From a virus (Duplodnaviria > Caudoviricetes): a stretch of 64,000 nucleotides of DNA. The stretch lies in IMG/VR virus record IMGVR_UViG_3300032327_000792. The stretch is one strand, 5' to 3'. The notes beneath the pieces are model-generated. The model saw nothing but the letters and a program-made list of their open reading frames with translations, did not search any database and had not been told where the DNA came from. Of this stretch, positions 9,442 to 18,727 are shown in pieces; within the stretch, counting starts at the first letter, position 1; each line of letters begins with the position of its first letter. Made by a program: the position numbers and the translations under genes.

Positions 9442-9825
9442 CTATTTGGCTATAGCATTCCAGGTTTTCATCTTGGCTTCAATATCGGCTTCCAATGCTC
9501 GATATTGATCACCCAATGCTCGAAGTTCTGCCCATTCTAATTCTAACGCTGAATTTGGTTTCAAAATGTTTAGACGTTGCTCAATGGCGTTGATCATGCC
9601 CATCAAACTTTTGCCGTTGACTTCGATATCAGCATTATCGCCCTCAAGTTTGATCTTGCCCGATGTTCCAGTATTCCAACCAGTATTTAGAGTAACGGTA
9701 TTGCTACTGGTGTCGGTCCACGGAACTGAAATACCAGTGGCTCCGTTGAATGCGTAAGGACCGCCAGTACTACTGACAGTTATAGTATCAGTGACACTGG
9801 CAGTTGGGTTGAGCACCACTGACAT
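9442..9825 (-). CDS. Hypothetical protein (C-terminal coiled coil)
   Basis: 127-aa ORF in operon. Confidence 0.6.
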   Translation of the reverse strand: MSVVLNPTASVTDTITVSSTGGPYAFNGATGISVPWTDTSSNTVTLNTGWNTGTSGKIKLEGDNADIEVNGKSLMGMINAIEQRLNILKPNSALELEWAELRALGDQYRALEADIEAKMKTWNAIAK

Positions 9826-9826
9826 A

Positions 9827-10018
9827 TTACTTGGCGACAGTCAATGCTTCTTTTTCTGCTGTGATTTCTTTGCGACGCTCTTTGATTGCTTTTGACATTT
9901 CTTGTAGAGCTTTTCTAGCACGGGCCGCTGCGGCTTTTACACCTTTGCCTGTGAACTTTTCGTTCTCAGAAATGTATGTTTCGAATGCTGTTTTGATTGC
10001 GTCATGATTTTGTGACAT
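9827..10018 (-). CDS. Histone H1-like (Hc1-family) small basic protein
   Basis: ENEKFTGKGVKAAAARARKALQEMSKAIKERRKEI. Confidence 0.75.
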   Translation of the reverse strand: MSQNHDAIKTAFETYISENEKFTGKGVKAAAARARKALQEMSKAIKERRKEITAEKEALTVAK

Positions 10019-10094
10019 GTTGTTTCCTTTTCTAATGTGTGTGTCTATTTAGACACTTTACTAGTATACAGGAAAATTTCTGCGTGTCAACGAT

Positions 10095-10334
10095 TTAGAT
10101 GTAGATATGTCGTCGATTCCAACAATCCCAGATCACCAAGTTGGTCCATTCGGTCCAGGTGACCATGAACGTGTTTAGACTGTGTTGGTCGTAAAGGTAC
10201 ATTTTGTTTTCGGTGATTTGGCAGTTTTTGATACGGTTATCGGCAATCCAGGACTTGAACAGCTCAGAGGCTTTTGGGTCTCGCATGATCACTAGGTACA
10301 AAGGTTCGCCGTGGCGTTGGGTGCTGATGGACAT
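10095..10334 (-). CDS. Hypothetical protein
   Basis: 79-aa ORF with TAAGTA late-like motif upstream. Confidence 0.5.
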   Translation of the reverse strand: MSISTQRHGEPLYLVIMRDPKASELFKSWIADNRIKNCQITENKMYLYDQHSLNTFMVTWTEWTNLVIWDCWNRRHIYI

Positions 10335-10369
10335 AAGGTTGTTGGGTTACAATACTTATTCCGATCAAG

Positions 10370-10394
10370 AAAAAGCGGCACCCTCGGATGCCGC
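10370..10394 (-). terminator. Intrinsic terminator
   Basis: GCGGCATCCGAGGGTGCCGC hairpin followed by TTTTT on minus strand. Confidence 0.75.
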
Positions 10395-10414
10395 TGTTGC
10401 TGTCACGTAGTTGA

Positions 10415-10726
10415 TTACGCTTCGTCAGCTACCTTTGTCTTGGAACCGATCTTGACTTGATCACGCTTGGCAATCTTTGTTTTCTCGGCCAACTTGTTGG
10501 CTACTGCATAACCTGCATCACCAGTTACACCCTGTGACTGGATATACTGTAGAGCCTCTAACTTGGTCATTGCTGTTGGCAATTCCATTAGGTTGATATC
10601 AGTACAACCTGCTTTGTTCAAAATCTTGATACGTGCTACCAAGTCATTGGCAAAACGAGCTTTTACTGTGCCGTCTGCGTTGGTTGCTGTACCTGCCACT
10701 GTGAATGTTTTTTCTACTGTTGCCAT
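10415..10726 (-). CDS. Hypothetical early protein, paralogue of 26602..27057
   Basis: VAGT...G..K.RFA...R..L.K.G.TDI similarity; own early promoter (10814-10842). Confidence 0.65.
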   Translation of the reverse strand: MATVEKTFTVAGTATNADGTVKARFANDLVARIKILNKAGCTDINLMELPTAMTKLEALQYIQSQGVTGDAGYAVANKLAEKTKIAKRDQVKIGSKTKVADEA

Positions 10727-10870
10727 TTTGTGTTGCCTTTCTAGTGTTTAAAATAAAGTTTGTTGCCTACTTGCTGTGTTGCCAATATGCTCAATTTCCA
10801 AGCATATACATATATTATAGCTGATTTGACTATTGTAGTCAACCATAACATATCCTTTTGGTTCGCCAAA

Positions 10871-11035
10871 TTACTTGGTAGAGCCACCTATTTTTTCCTG
10901 AGTCCATTCTGATGCTCGGGTAATGTCCTTGCCTGCACCAGCTATGGTGCCACAGCCTGACAGTGCCGCAATGATCACCATCGCTACAATGACCACTGCC
11001 CAAAGAGCTGATTTTTCTGGATATTGAATTTTCAT
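10871..11035 (-). CDS. Entericidin EcnA/B-like lipoprotein (not in ORF track)
   Basis: Hand translation MKIQYPEKSALWAVVIVAMVIIAALSGCGTIAGAGKDITRASEWTQEKIGGSTK; lipobox LSGC plus GAGKDI motif. Confidence 0.75.
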   Translation of the reverse strand: MKIQYPEKSALWAVVIVAMVIIAALSGCGTIAGAGKDITRASEWTQEKIGGSTK

Positions 11036-11160
11036 TTTGATGCTTCCTTTGTGATTTCTTGAACTTTGTTTACACCGTTGTCCAACATGCGAGCCATACC
11101 CGAGAAGCCCACGGTACAGATTGCAATACCAACTACTACACCTGCCACAAACTTAATCAT
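11032..11160 (-). CDS. Small membrane protein (42 aa, not in ORF track)
   Basis: MIKFVAGVVVGIAICTVGFSGMARMLDNGVNKVQEITKEASK; overlaps both neighbours. Confidence 0.55.
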   Translation of the reverse strand: MIKFVAGVVVGIAICTVGFSGMARMLDNGVNKVQEITKEASK

Positions 11161-11344
11161 TTGCCAATTCCTTTGATTTGTTGTTTTTGTCAACCGTGCT
11201 TTGTTTGTAAAAATACATCACTGCCTTGCTACCTTCATCGTAGCCTCGGGTCCAGCCAACACAATAGCCTAAAAATGTGCTACCACATAAAAACAATACT
11301 GATACCAACACCACAAGGATTGTGTTTCTGTTAATTCCAAACAT
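11153..11344 (-). CDS. Small membrane protein
   Basis: 63 aa with N-terminal TM, downstream of early promoter 11376-11404. Confidence 0.55.
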   Translation of the reverse strand: MFGINRNTILVVLVSVLFLCGSTFLGYCVGWTRGYDEGSKAVMYFYKQSTVDKNNKSKELAND

Positions 11345-11375
11345 TGTATTTTTCCTATTTCTTGACTATAGTAAT

Positions 11376-11404
11376 ATTATAGCAAAAGGCAGGTTTTTGG
11401 TCAA
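11376..11404 (-). promoter_or_regulatory. Sigma70-type early promoter
   Basis: TTGACC-N17-TATAAT. Confidence 0.8.
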
Positions 11405-11436
11405 CCATTTTGTATGGGTTGCTAAGTCATTGATTG

Positions 11437-12501
11437 TTAAGGAGATTTTTTACCAATGTATTCGTGGCTGTAGCAAACACGGGCAGCATCGCGGGCAGTG
11501 GTAGTGCCACCATAGCCGGGCATTCGGCGTACTGAGCCATCTTTGTTTAGATAACTGCCTTTGCGTGACTGTCGATTGGTTGAGGTAGGCCGCCATAGAT
11601 CAGATTTCTCACGATGCTCTCCAAAACTTGGGTGAGCAGTTTTGCTAAAGTAACGCAGTCCACGATCAACATAGATTTGGGCTATGGCATCGGAAAATGC
11701 TGTACCTATGCCCATGCCCTGAAACTCTGGTAGTATTACAGTTCTATGGCCCCGCCAGTATGAGTGAATGTCACGATTGGTACTGTGAATAGCAGCATGA
11801 AACCCAATGGGTTTGTTGCCCAAGAGTAAAACGTAGTAATGAGCTGATTTACTAATGGCACTATCTAAATAGTGAAAACGGCTAAAATATTTCCAATAGT
11901 TCGAACTTGTGCTTCGGATGGTGAATGTAAGTTCTGGTCGGGTCCCCAATCGAAAAAGTGACCTCCTGGCTTCTAAGACACAGAGATCCGTGTCATATAC
12001 GTAGTCCGGGTCTAACCATTCTACTATGTCTCTGTGACATGAAGCAATATACAATGGTTCTGTATTGCCGCGTCGATCATAAAACTTTCTAACACTTAGC
12101 GCAAGACTTTTGGCAGTGTCTCGATCCACCACTGACGTAAACTCATCAATGATTGAATGACCTTGATCCAGTCCTACGGCAATTTCAAATCTGTGATACT
12201 CACCGTTGCTCAGTGTTGTTGGTGCACGGAACCAAGCGGGTATGGTTCGTAATCCGCAGGCCAGCAATAACTCTTCGCCACGTTCGGCTGTGCTAAAGTT
12301 TTCAATCACTGTCTTGGTGTTATCAATCACCACTGGCTTTGGGTTGTCCACAGTTCGAAGAATTGTGGTTTTACCCGAACCTGATGTGCCCACAATCAGC
12401 ACAATGCCTTCTGTGGGCAACTTGGGGATGGACACAGGTGTTTCTACGTGGTCCTTGATATCGTACTTGGTACGTATGGTTTCTAGGTAATTATCGGTCA
12501 T
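11437..12501 (-). CDS. ABC-type ATPase fused to GNAT acetyltransferase
   Basis: Walker A GTSGSGKTT, signature-like LSNGE, Walker B IIDEF, H-loop SCH; C-terminal RTVILPEFQGMGIG acetyl-CoA motif. Confidence 0.85.
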   Translation of the reverse strand: MTDNYLETIRTKYDIKDHVETPVSIPKLPTEGIVLIVGTSGSGKTTILRTVDNPKPVVIDNTKTVIENFSTAERGEELLLACGLRTIPAWFRAPTTLSNGEYHRFEIAVGLDQGHSIIDEFTSVVDRDTAKSLALSVRKFYDRRGNTEPLYIASCHRDIVEWLDPDYVYDTDLCVLEARRSLFRLGTRPELTFTIRSTSSNYWKYFSRFHYLDSAISKSAHYYVLLLGNKPIGFHAAIHSTNRDIHSYWRGHRTVILPEFQGMGIGTAFSDAIAQIYVDRGLRYFSKTAHPSFGEHREKSDLWRPTSTNRQSRKGSYLNKDGSVRRMPGYGGTTTARDAARVCYSHEYIGKKSP

Positions 12502-13042
12502 TTTGAAAATAATTATAATGTTTTTCCAAGGTCCAAGTCAACGGATTTATTGGTGTGCCATCGTGTGTGGCAAATTGCGAATCCAACACTGCATAGCGTT
12601 GAAAAAATAACCAGTAATCGGGGCTAGACTGAGACAGTCCCGATTCACGCAGAATTTGATCGTTATCTTTGTTAATCAAACAAGTAGGGATATTCATAGC
12701 CTGGCTCACAGTCATAATTCCTTGCAACAACATATCCAAAGCATCTCGGGCCGGGATAATATGTTCAAAAATACAAGATTTGAGATTTACCCCAACTTCA
12801 ACATAGTGACTGCCGATACCGCCGCCAATTACATAGCTGTGATATCGACGCAACCAATGGTCGATCGCATCTCGTACCAGTCGTTTTTCTTGAAGTGTTT
12901 GCTGATGTTGGTATAAGCTCAACAACCTGGAAATTTCTTGTTCGGCAAGTTCTGCACTTTCCCGGTGAGTTTGTTCGCTACGTTTTACTCGCGTATAGGT
13001 TGTAGGTTGATAATTTTCTATCAATAGTTTTAATTGAGTCAT
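12491..13042 (-). CDS. Hypothetical protein, possible HNH-like (EHIIP)
   Basis: 183-aa ORF with FEHIIP motif. Confidence 0.5.
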   Translation of the reverse strand: MTQLKLLIENYQPTTYTRVKRSEQTHRESAELAEQEISRLLSLYQHQQTLQEKRLVRDAIDHWLRRYHSYVIGGGIGSHYVEVGVNLKSCIFEHIIPARDALDMLLQGIMTVSQAMNIPTCLINKDNDQILRESGLSQSSPDYWLFFQRYAVLDSQFATHDGTPINPLTWTLEKHYNYFQNDR

Positions 13043-13671
13043 ACTAGGGTAAAAGTTCTTGTGTAATAATCGTAACGAAGTCGGTCGTTTATGGACGGAT
13101 AATGTATATGACTTAGATGATCAATAAATTCTTCATATTTAACTCCATTGAGATCATAATCGCCACAAAAGTCGTTATAATTTTTTTTAGATTGTAATAC
13201 CCATGGCCAATATTCTTTTTTAAAATTTGTCAAAGTAATGTCACCTTTGGCACTGTCTTGGCTGATATAACTATGATACTCAGTGGATATTGGCATGATG
13301 GTCATAAACTCAAAAAGATATCTTAAGTCATTGTCAAATCTAGTTTCTCTAAAAATTCCGCTAGGAACTCTTGAGCCTTTATCAACGGAATGGCCTGCAT
13401 GTCTATTTTCGCTGGCACGTTGTCTAATATGATTAAAATCCAATCTAAACCTTGTTTTTTGACGTCCGGTTACAAAATCATTTACTGCTATAAACCCAGG
13501 AGTCTTTGTAATAAGACATTCCAATGGAGTTTCACAATTACCCATGTACATGTATTGTAAAATTGGTAAATTGTAATTTTTAATTTCAGCTTTTCTATCT
13601 TCTTGATAGGCGCCAGGTTTTGTCGAAACAAACTGATAGTTCACTGTAGTGGATCTCCGTCTAGGCCCCAA
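13039..13671 (-). CDS. AT-rich hypothetical protein
   Basis: 210-aa ORF, visibly AT-richer than flanks. Confidence 0.5.
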   Translation of the reverse strand: MGPRRRSTTVNYQFVSTKPGAYQEDRKAEIKNYNLPILQYMYMGNCETPLECLITKTPGFIAVNDFVTGRQKTRFRLDFNHIRQRASENRHAGHSVDKGSRVPSGIFRETRFDNDLRYLFEFMTIMPISTEYHSYISQDSAKGDITLTNFKKEYWPWVLQSKKNYNDFCGDYDLNGVKYEEFIDHLSHIHYPSINDRLRYDYYTRTFTLV

Positions 13672-13835
13672 AACACTGCTTTGCCTGCCAGCATGGCTTC
13701 TTCTAACTGACGTTCCATGGCAGCATCAAATACCAACAATTCAAGACCTTCTACTTCCGCCACAGTCAAATAGTCAGCGGCCAACGCACCTTCCAACACT
13801 GCTTGCACAATCATTTCGCGTTCTTCTGTGATCAT
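13641..13835 (-). CDS. Small hypothetical protein
   Basis: Likely start MITEERE within ORF 13641..13922. Confidence 0.45.
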   Translation of the reverse strand: MITEEREMIVQAVLEGALAADYLTVAEVEGLELLVFDAAMERQLEEAMLAGKAVFWGLDGDPLQ

Positions 13836-14010
13836 TTTTCTACCTTTGTAAAACGTTCGTCGAATGCACCAATCAAACAACTGTATTCCTGGTCTGTGCC
13901 CATGGCTTGATAGTGTACCCATGACCCTGTGGCAGTATGGTTCACTATTTTTACTACGAATTTTTTCCCATTGTAATCTCTGTAAACTGCGTCTTGCATC
14001 TTGATATTCC

Positions 14011-14382
14011 TTAATACTGTGCTCTGGCCAATCGTGACTCTCTCACACGATCCCATGATTCGTCCAAACTGGTCCTAAAGATTTGATCAAATATTTTGTC
14101 TGTGAATGTATAACCTTCAGATTCGCTACCTACACTGAAAAAATCATAATCAATGGTCCAGCGAGGAATAACACTCATTGAAGCTGCACCATCGTGCAAG
14201 GCCGGCAATGATTTCCACTGAAACAACAGTCGATCAACAACCTGTTGCCAATGCTTCTGAGCCCACTCGGATTGAGAATTTTCCAATGCCAATCTAGCCG
14301 AATCTAATCTGGTTCCAAGAGCTTCGGCTTCTTCTCCAATGAATCGATAGTTTCTTAGGTCTTGTGGTATGTATTCGTTCAT
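14011..14382 (-). CDS. Hypothetical early protein
   Basis: 123 aa, downstream of promoter 14413-14441. Confidence 0.6.
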   Translation of the reverse strand: MNEYIPQDLRNYRFIGEEAEALGTRLDSARLALENSQSEWAQKHWQQVVDRLLFQWKSLPALHDGAASMSVIPRWTIDYDFFSVGSESEGYTFTDKIFDQIFRTSLDESWDRVRESRLARAQY

Positions 14383-14412
14383 GCTTGACCTTGAGTTAAT
14401 TAATGTTCAATA

Positions 14413-14441
14413 ATTATAACAAACCGGCAATTTTTGGTCAA
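14413..14441 (-). promoter_or_regulatory. Sigma70-type early promoter
   Basis: TTGACC-N17-TATAAT. Confidence 0.75.
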
Positions 14442-14442
14442 C

Positions 14443-15189
14443 CTATGCTGGATCAGCCAAAATAGTTATAGTGCCTTGTTTTTCTTTGGGCACACACAGC
14501 ATATTTTGGTAGTCCACTACGAAAAACTCATAGTTGTCGATGTCAGCCAGGACCTGTTTGATTGGGTCTACTCCGGTAATAAAATATTCAACCCAGATCC
14601 AAGGACGATGTTGTCGAATAGTTTCGAGTGCTCCTGTGAGTGCTGGGATTTCATAGCCTTCTACGTCTAATTTAAAAAAATCCAATCTGGGCAATGCCAT
14701 TGCATCGATGCTGGTAATGTTTACCACACGATCTGCCATCCACCCATGTTCATCCTCTGTGGTTTGATCACTAAGAGACACAGTACCAAAGTCTTGAGCT
14801 ATGCTGTAGTCTACTGCGGGTAGTTGTGCAATGCCAGGCTCTGCACCCAGTCCACGGTTGTGGAGATACACATGACGGTATCCGTTGACAGCTAGGCTTC
14901 CGCCCAAGGCCTGGAATAGTTGACGCTGTGGTTCAAAGCTGATGATTCTTGTTCCACGGTCCTGCGTTCTATTGGCCACTGGCACAGTAAAAAATCCAAT
15001 GTTGGCTCCGCCATCCACTATAACTGCATCTGGGGGCAAGGTATCAACAATAGCAAAGATATTGTTCAATTCACTTTCAATGTGAGTGCGGCCTGTTTTG
15101 ACCAAAGCCTCTGCTTGAAACAAACAGGTCCTGGGCACAATAAATTTACCATACACACTGTCTAATACTACAAAATTATCTACAGTCAC
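14443..15189 (-). CDS. FkbM-family SAM-dependent methyltransferase
   Basis: VDGGANIGFFT, SFEPQ, LDFFKLDVEGYE. Confidence 0.88.
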   Translation of the reverse strand: MTVDNFVVLDSVYGKFIVPRTCLFQAEALVKTGRTHIESELNNIFAIVDTLPPDAVIVDGGANIGFFTVPVANRTQDRGTRIISFEPQRQLFQALGGSLAVNGYRHVYLHNRGLGAEPGIAQLPAVDYSIAQDFGTVSLSDQTTEDEHGWMADRVVNITSIDAMALPRLDFFKLDVEGYEIPALTGALETIRQHRPWIWVEYFITGVDPIKQVLADIDNYEFFVVDYQNMLCVPKEKQGTITILADPA

Positions 15190-15190
15190 A

Positions 15191-15421
15191 CTATCTCCAT
15201 TTCATTACAAAGGCCAAATAATCACGCTCGTCGTCAAAGTAGAATATATAACGTCCGGGTTTGATATCCGAACTGGTTTGTACCAGTTGCCAACGCCAGT
15301 CATCTTGTAGTTCACTCTTGCACCAGTCTAACACTGATTCCAACATGCCAAAAGGTTTGACTATCTCAGTGGCATGATTGAAACTGGTTTTTTCTCGGGT
15401 TAGAGGTTTATCTTGTATCAT
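15191..15421 (-). CDS. Small phage protein (WC..W..FYF.DE.D..F family)
   Basis: Similar C-terminus to 15864..16121. Confidence 0.6.
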   Translation of the reverse strand: MIQDKPLTREKTSFNHATEIVKPFGMLESVLDWCKSELQDDWRWQLVQTSSDIKPGRYIFYFDDERDYLAFVMKWR

Positions 15422-15867
15422 TAGCCGCTGATGTATTCTCGATTGCCACGCCGTGTGTCATAGGTTCTGTCAAGAGCATCCTTTAACTTTGCTTGCGGCA
15501 GCCGCCACTGGTCATATCCCTGAGCTATTCCACCTATGTATCCCGGTGAAGGAGTTCCTGATTTGGGATCAGTCATTTCATAGAAGAAAAACCGCTGGCC
15601 GCCTTGATTCCAAGTACGTTTGGTATAGTAGCTAGGATACCCTTCAAAACGATCCAATGCTTGTTCACATTCGCGTGTGAGTTGCCAAAGTACTCCGTGT
15701 ACGCTGGTATTTTGTTTTGGTTCAATGGTAGCATGACAGTACAGTTCTAATTGCCAGTGGTACAGTTCAAATGCGCCAACAGGCTCGGCGAGTGGACAAC
15801 GTCTGGCCATGTCGTCTGAGTTGATATTAGCGCCATAGGCAAAATACAGTGATGTAGGATGTTTCAT
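15421..15867 (-). CDS. Gamma-glutamylcyclotransferase (AIG2-like)
   Basis: LYFAYGANIN, VHGVLW, LDRFEGYPSYY. Confidence 0.85.
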   Translation of the reverse strand: MKHPTSLYFAYGANINSDDMARRCPLAEPVGAFELYHWQLELYCHATIEPKQNTSVHGVLWQLTRECEQALDRFEGYPSYYTKRTWNQGGQRFFFYEMTDPKSGTPSPGYIGGIAQGYDQWRLPQAKLKDALDRTYDTRRGNREYISG

Positions 15868-16121
15868 GTCAATACCTCTGAAAATTTAAGTGTCATTAAG
15901 AGTGCATCTTGTGGATCTCGAAAATACCAAGTTATGTCTGTGATATTGGCATCTGTAATGTAACGTCCGCCTGGCAAGCCAAACATTTCCATGCCTTGAG
16001 CACATATTTCGTTCCAGGCCGACACAGTGTCTAACCGAGCACTCCAAGGAACCACAACAGGATATTTAAACGCATCATCTTGCAATGTACTGTTTCCTGA
16101 TATAGTCGTTGGCCCACTCAA
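15864..16121 (-). CDS. Small phage protein, paralogue-like to 15191..15421
   Basis: WYFRDPQDALLMTLKF C-terminus. Confidence 0.55.
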   Translation of the reverse strand: MSGPTTISGNSTLQDDAFKYPVVVPWSARLDTVSAWNEICAQGMEMFGLPGGRYITDANITDITWYFRDPQDALLMTLKFSEVLT

Positions 16122-16335
16122 TGCTGCCAGTGTTGTAATACAAGTGATTGTCTGTTATGCCAAAGTGGTTGCAAAAACTTTGTCCATATCGTATGCCGTG
16201 CAAGGCTTCCCAAATAAAATCTTTGCGCCACTGTTCGTAATCATCTTGATTGATAGTTTTATGCGTTTTTCCTGCTTGGGCCAGGGCCTGGTCATGAAAG
16301 TCTACCAGTTGTTTAAACACTTGTTTTCCGGGCAT
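16075..16335 (-). CDS. Hypothetical protein
   Basis: 86-aa ORF in operon. Confidence 0.55.
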   Translation of the reverse strand: MPGKQVFKQLVDFHDQALAQAGKTHKTINQDDYEQWRKDFIWEALHGIRYGQSFCNHFGITDNHLYYNTGSIEWANDYIRKQYIAR

Positions 16336-16336
16336 T

Positions 16337-16627
16337 CTATAATACCTTTATTAAACCATAACCGTAAACTGCCAACAAGGCAGCATTGACCACAATCAAA
16401 CTCCATTCACGCCACAAGATGCTGGTAATCAACCAGCTCACACTGCCTGCGTTCAACAACCAGATAGTGTAGGGCTTCCAATCGTTGACAATGGCCACGG
16501 CTGCAGTCAGCATAATTGCTGTGCTGATCCACTTCATTAAAAAAGTCATGCTGTTGATGTTGATCCAACGTCTGCGTATCTTCAGCGGTATTGGATAACC
16601 CATGTTGTCGTCAATCTCGTTGTACAT
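16337..16627 (-). CDS. Small membrane protein
   Basis: Start reassigned to MYNEIDDN because an early promoter lies at 16655-16684; three hydrophobic segments. Confidence 0.55.
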   Translation of the reverse strand: MYNEIDDNMGYPIPLKIRRRWININSMTFLMKWISTAIMLTAAVAIVNDWKPYTIWLLNAGSVSWLITSILWREWSLIVVNAALLAVYGYGLIKVL

Positions 16628-16655
16628 ATCTACCTTGTTGTTATTGGATATGCTA

Positions 16656-17195
16656 TTATAGCACACTATTGCCATTGTGGTCAACTTCAATCCAGGTGTA
16701 GTCACCCAACCATTTGACCTGGCAAATATAGTCGTATTCCTCAGGAGCACCAGTGGTCCAATCCTCGGGTCCATTATGAGTCAATCTGGTTCCGCCTCGT
16801 CGGGTGTCGTTGACCAACCAATAGGTTTGGCCATGGTAGATTTGGAACTCATAACGGGCTGCATGTACCATGTCTGTGATGTCCAATCTACGTTTGAGGT
16901 CAGCGGCCTGTCGTTGTAGAACTTCAACCAATTCGGTAATTCTGTTGTATTCTTGTTGAGCATGCATACGGGCAACATTGACCATGATGTCCTTTTGTTT
17001 TTCCACAGGAATTAGGTCAAACTTGGGACCACCTACCTCGATAGGATATGGTGTAACGTTTTTGTTGAAGAACTCAACTACTACATTGCCAACCGCAACG
17101 TCAAAACTGTTGCGACCGTCGGCGAGATTGCTTTTTTTCTTGGTCAAATCAATTCCATAATGCTTGGTAGTATTTTCCAAACAAACGGAAGCCAT
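16656..17195 (-). CDS. DUF2452-like conserved protein
   Basis: VTPYPIEVGGPKF...ARYEFQIYHGQTYWL...GPEDW...DYTW pattern. Confidence 0.55.
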   Translation of the reverse strand: MASVCLENTTKHYGIDLTKKKSNLADGRNSFDVAVGNVVVEFFNKNVTPYPIEVGGPKFDLIPVEKQKDIMVNVARMHAQQEYNRITELVEVLQRQAADLKRRLDITDMVHAARYEFQIYHGQTYWLVNDTRRGGTRLTHNGPEDWTTGAPEEYDYICQVKWLGDYTWIEVDHNGNSVL

Positions 17196-17775
17196 TTTGT
17201 TTGCGTTCTTGATGCTGTTTCAATCCGTCCCAATCAACTCGGCTTTTGTCAAGGTAACTGTTGGGATCCTTGACAAAGTCCGTAATGTCACCACACTCAC
17301 TGTGATCAAAGAATTTGCTTTCATCATCGTCCGCAACTTTTTGTTCAAATGCCCAAATCATCTCGGCCAACACCCAATCCCAACGTAGAAAGTGATTGGC
17401 ATCTGTGTCCCACTCATTTTCTGTAGCGGGTGCAGATGTACTGCGTAGTTCTTCTGGAACATCTTCATCATCCACCATGGGCGCACCGTGTTTGGTTGCC
17501 TGTAGTTGTTGAAGCATGGGCACAATGATTGTGGCCAGGGTTGAGTCCATTGACCAAGTGTCCCAGCGATCAAGTTTTACATATTCAAATCTTGGACGCA
17601 CTCGCTCACTGATCCACTGTAGCACTTTACACGCAGGTTCCAACCGATTGGCCCAACGCTTGACCCAGGGTTCATCATAATCAATCTTGTCCCAATCCAG
17701 CCAGAACAACACACGTTCCAATATGGTGTAGGGACTCAACCAGTGATTACGATAGTTTGATATCCATACTTTCAT
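17149..17775 (-). CDS. Conserved hypothetical phage protein
   Basis: 208 aa; DRWDTWSMDSTLA...WDWVLAEMIWAFE...GFRLFGKYY. Confidence 0.65.
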   Translation of the reverse strand: MKVWISNYRNHWLSPYTILERVLFWLDWDKIDYDEPWVKRWANRLEPACKVLQWISERVRPRFEYVKLDRWDTWSMDSTLATIIVPMLQQLQATKHGAPMVDDEDVPEELRSTSAPATENEWDTDANHFLRWDWVLAEMIWAFEQKVADDDESKFFDHSECGDITDFVKDPNSYLDKSRVDWDGLKQHQERKQNGFRLFGKYYQALWN

Positions 17776-17960
17776 TGTTCAACTCCAAAATGTTTCTTGA
17801 TCAATTCAGTACCAAAGTCAGAGCCACACGCATTGATACATTCCTGCACAACTAACTCAGCAAACCGTTGTTCAAATTCATCAGCCAGGGCATAACGTGT
17901 TTGTCCGTTGACAGTAATAAGTCTAGCTTCCTCAGCAAGTTGTTGAATCAGTTGGTTCAT
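17772..17960 (-). CDS. Small phage protein (MN..I..LA...FAEL..EC family)
   Basis: Start at MNQLIQQLAEEA, overlapping the upstream stop (ATGA). Confidence 0.6.
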   Translation of the reverse strand: MNQLIQQLAEEARLITVNGQTRYALADEFEQRFAELVVQECINACGSDFGTELIKKHFGVEQ

Positions 17961-18133
17961 TGTTCTATTCCAAAGGTTTGTTTTATTACTTGTGCCGCGG
18001 CAGGAGCCAGCCCTGTTTGAGCTATTGTAGCACATTCTTCCGCAATGAGTCTAGCAAAAAGATCCAGGCCTTTTTGATCTGGGTTGTGATCAATACCCGC
18101 ATGTTGTTTGAGTTCATGAATCTTTGAGTTCAT
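17957..18133 (-). CDS. Small phage protein of the same family (not in ORF track)
   Basis: MNSKIHELKQHAGIDHNPDQKGLDLFARLIAEECATIAQTGLAPAAAQVIKQTFGIEQ. Confidence 0.6.
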   Translation of the reverse strand: MNSKIHELKQHAGIDHNPDQKGLDLFARLIAEECATIAQTGLAPAAAQVIKQTFGIEQ

Positions 18134-18426
18134 TTTACAATTCCCATTGCTTCTCTGGTGTAATCCAAAATGTCGCCGTGTTCACTGCGGATCAGTTCAG
18201 CACTGGAATCTACAATTTCAATTTCACAATCATAGTGTGTGATATCATAGTCCACAAAGTCATGATTGTCATCATACTGGCGAAACCATATCTGGCCATT
18301 CATGCCACGAATCAGCAGGCCACGTTGACCTTGAGCAGGTCTACGACTATTCATAGGTCTTGAAATACTGATGCAACACTTCGGCGGCATCATCGTAGCC
18401 GTTGTCCTGCAAACTGCGCACAGCAT
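18130..18426 (-). CDS. Hypothetical protein
   Basis: ORF in operon; true start probably internal. Confidence 0.5.
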   Translation of the reverse strand: MLCAVCRTTATMMPPKCCISISRPMNSRRPAQGQRGLLIRGMNGQIWFRQYDDNHDFVDYDITHYDCEIEIVDSSAELIRSEHGDILDYTREAMGIVK

Positions 18427-18727
18427 CCTCTGCCACTAATTTTATAGTCAATGGCAAATAGCCACGACTCACTGCCGGGTAGTGACTGCCGCCTACTTGT
18501 AGTGCTAAATCTGTTAATTTTTTATTCATTACCAACTCCCATCATCCAAATACAATAATACCGTGAGGAATAACCACCCTGTTCTCCACTGGCGCCAGGG
18601 CGAACCCCATTCATTGTTGTGCTCTCGGCGAGCAAATGGCATCACATACCAATGGCACGGGTTTAGGTTCAAGTTGATGCTGACGCCAGAATATTTTATC
18701 CATTTACGCATTACGTTACTCCGCAGG

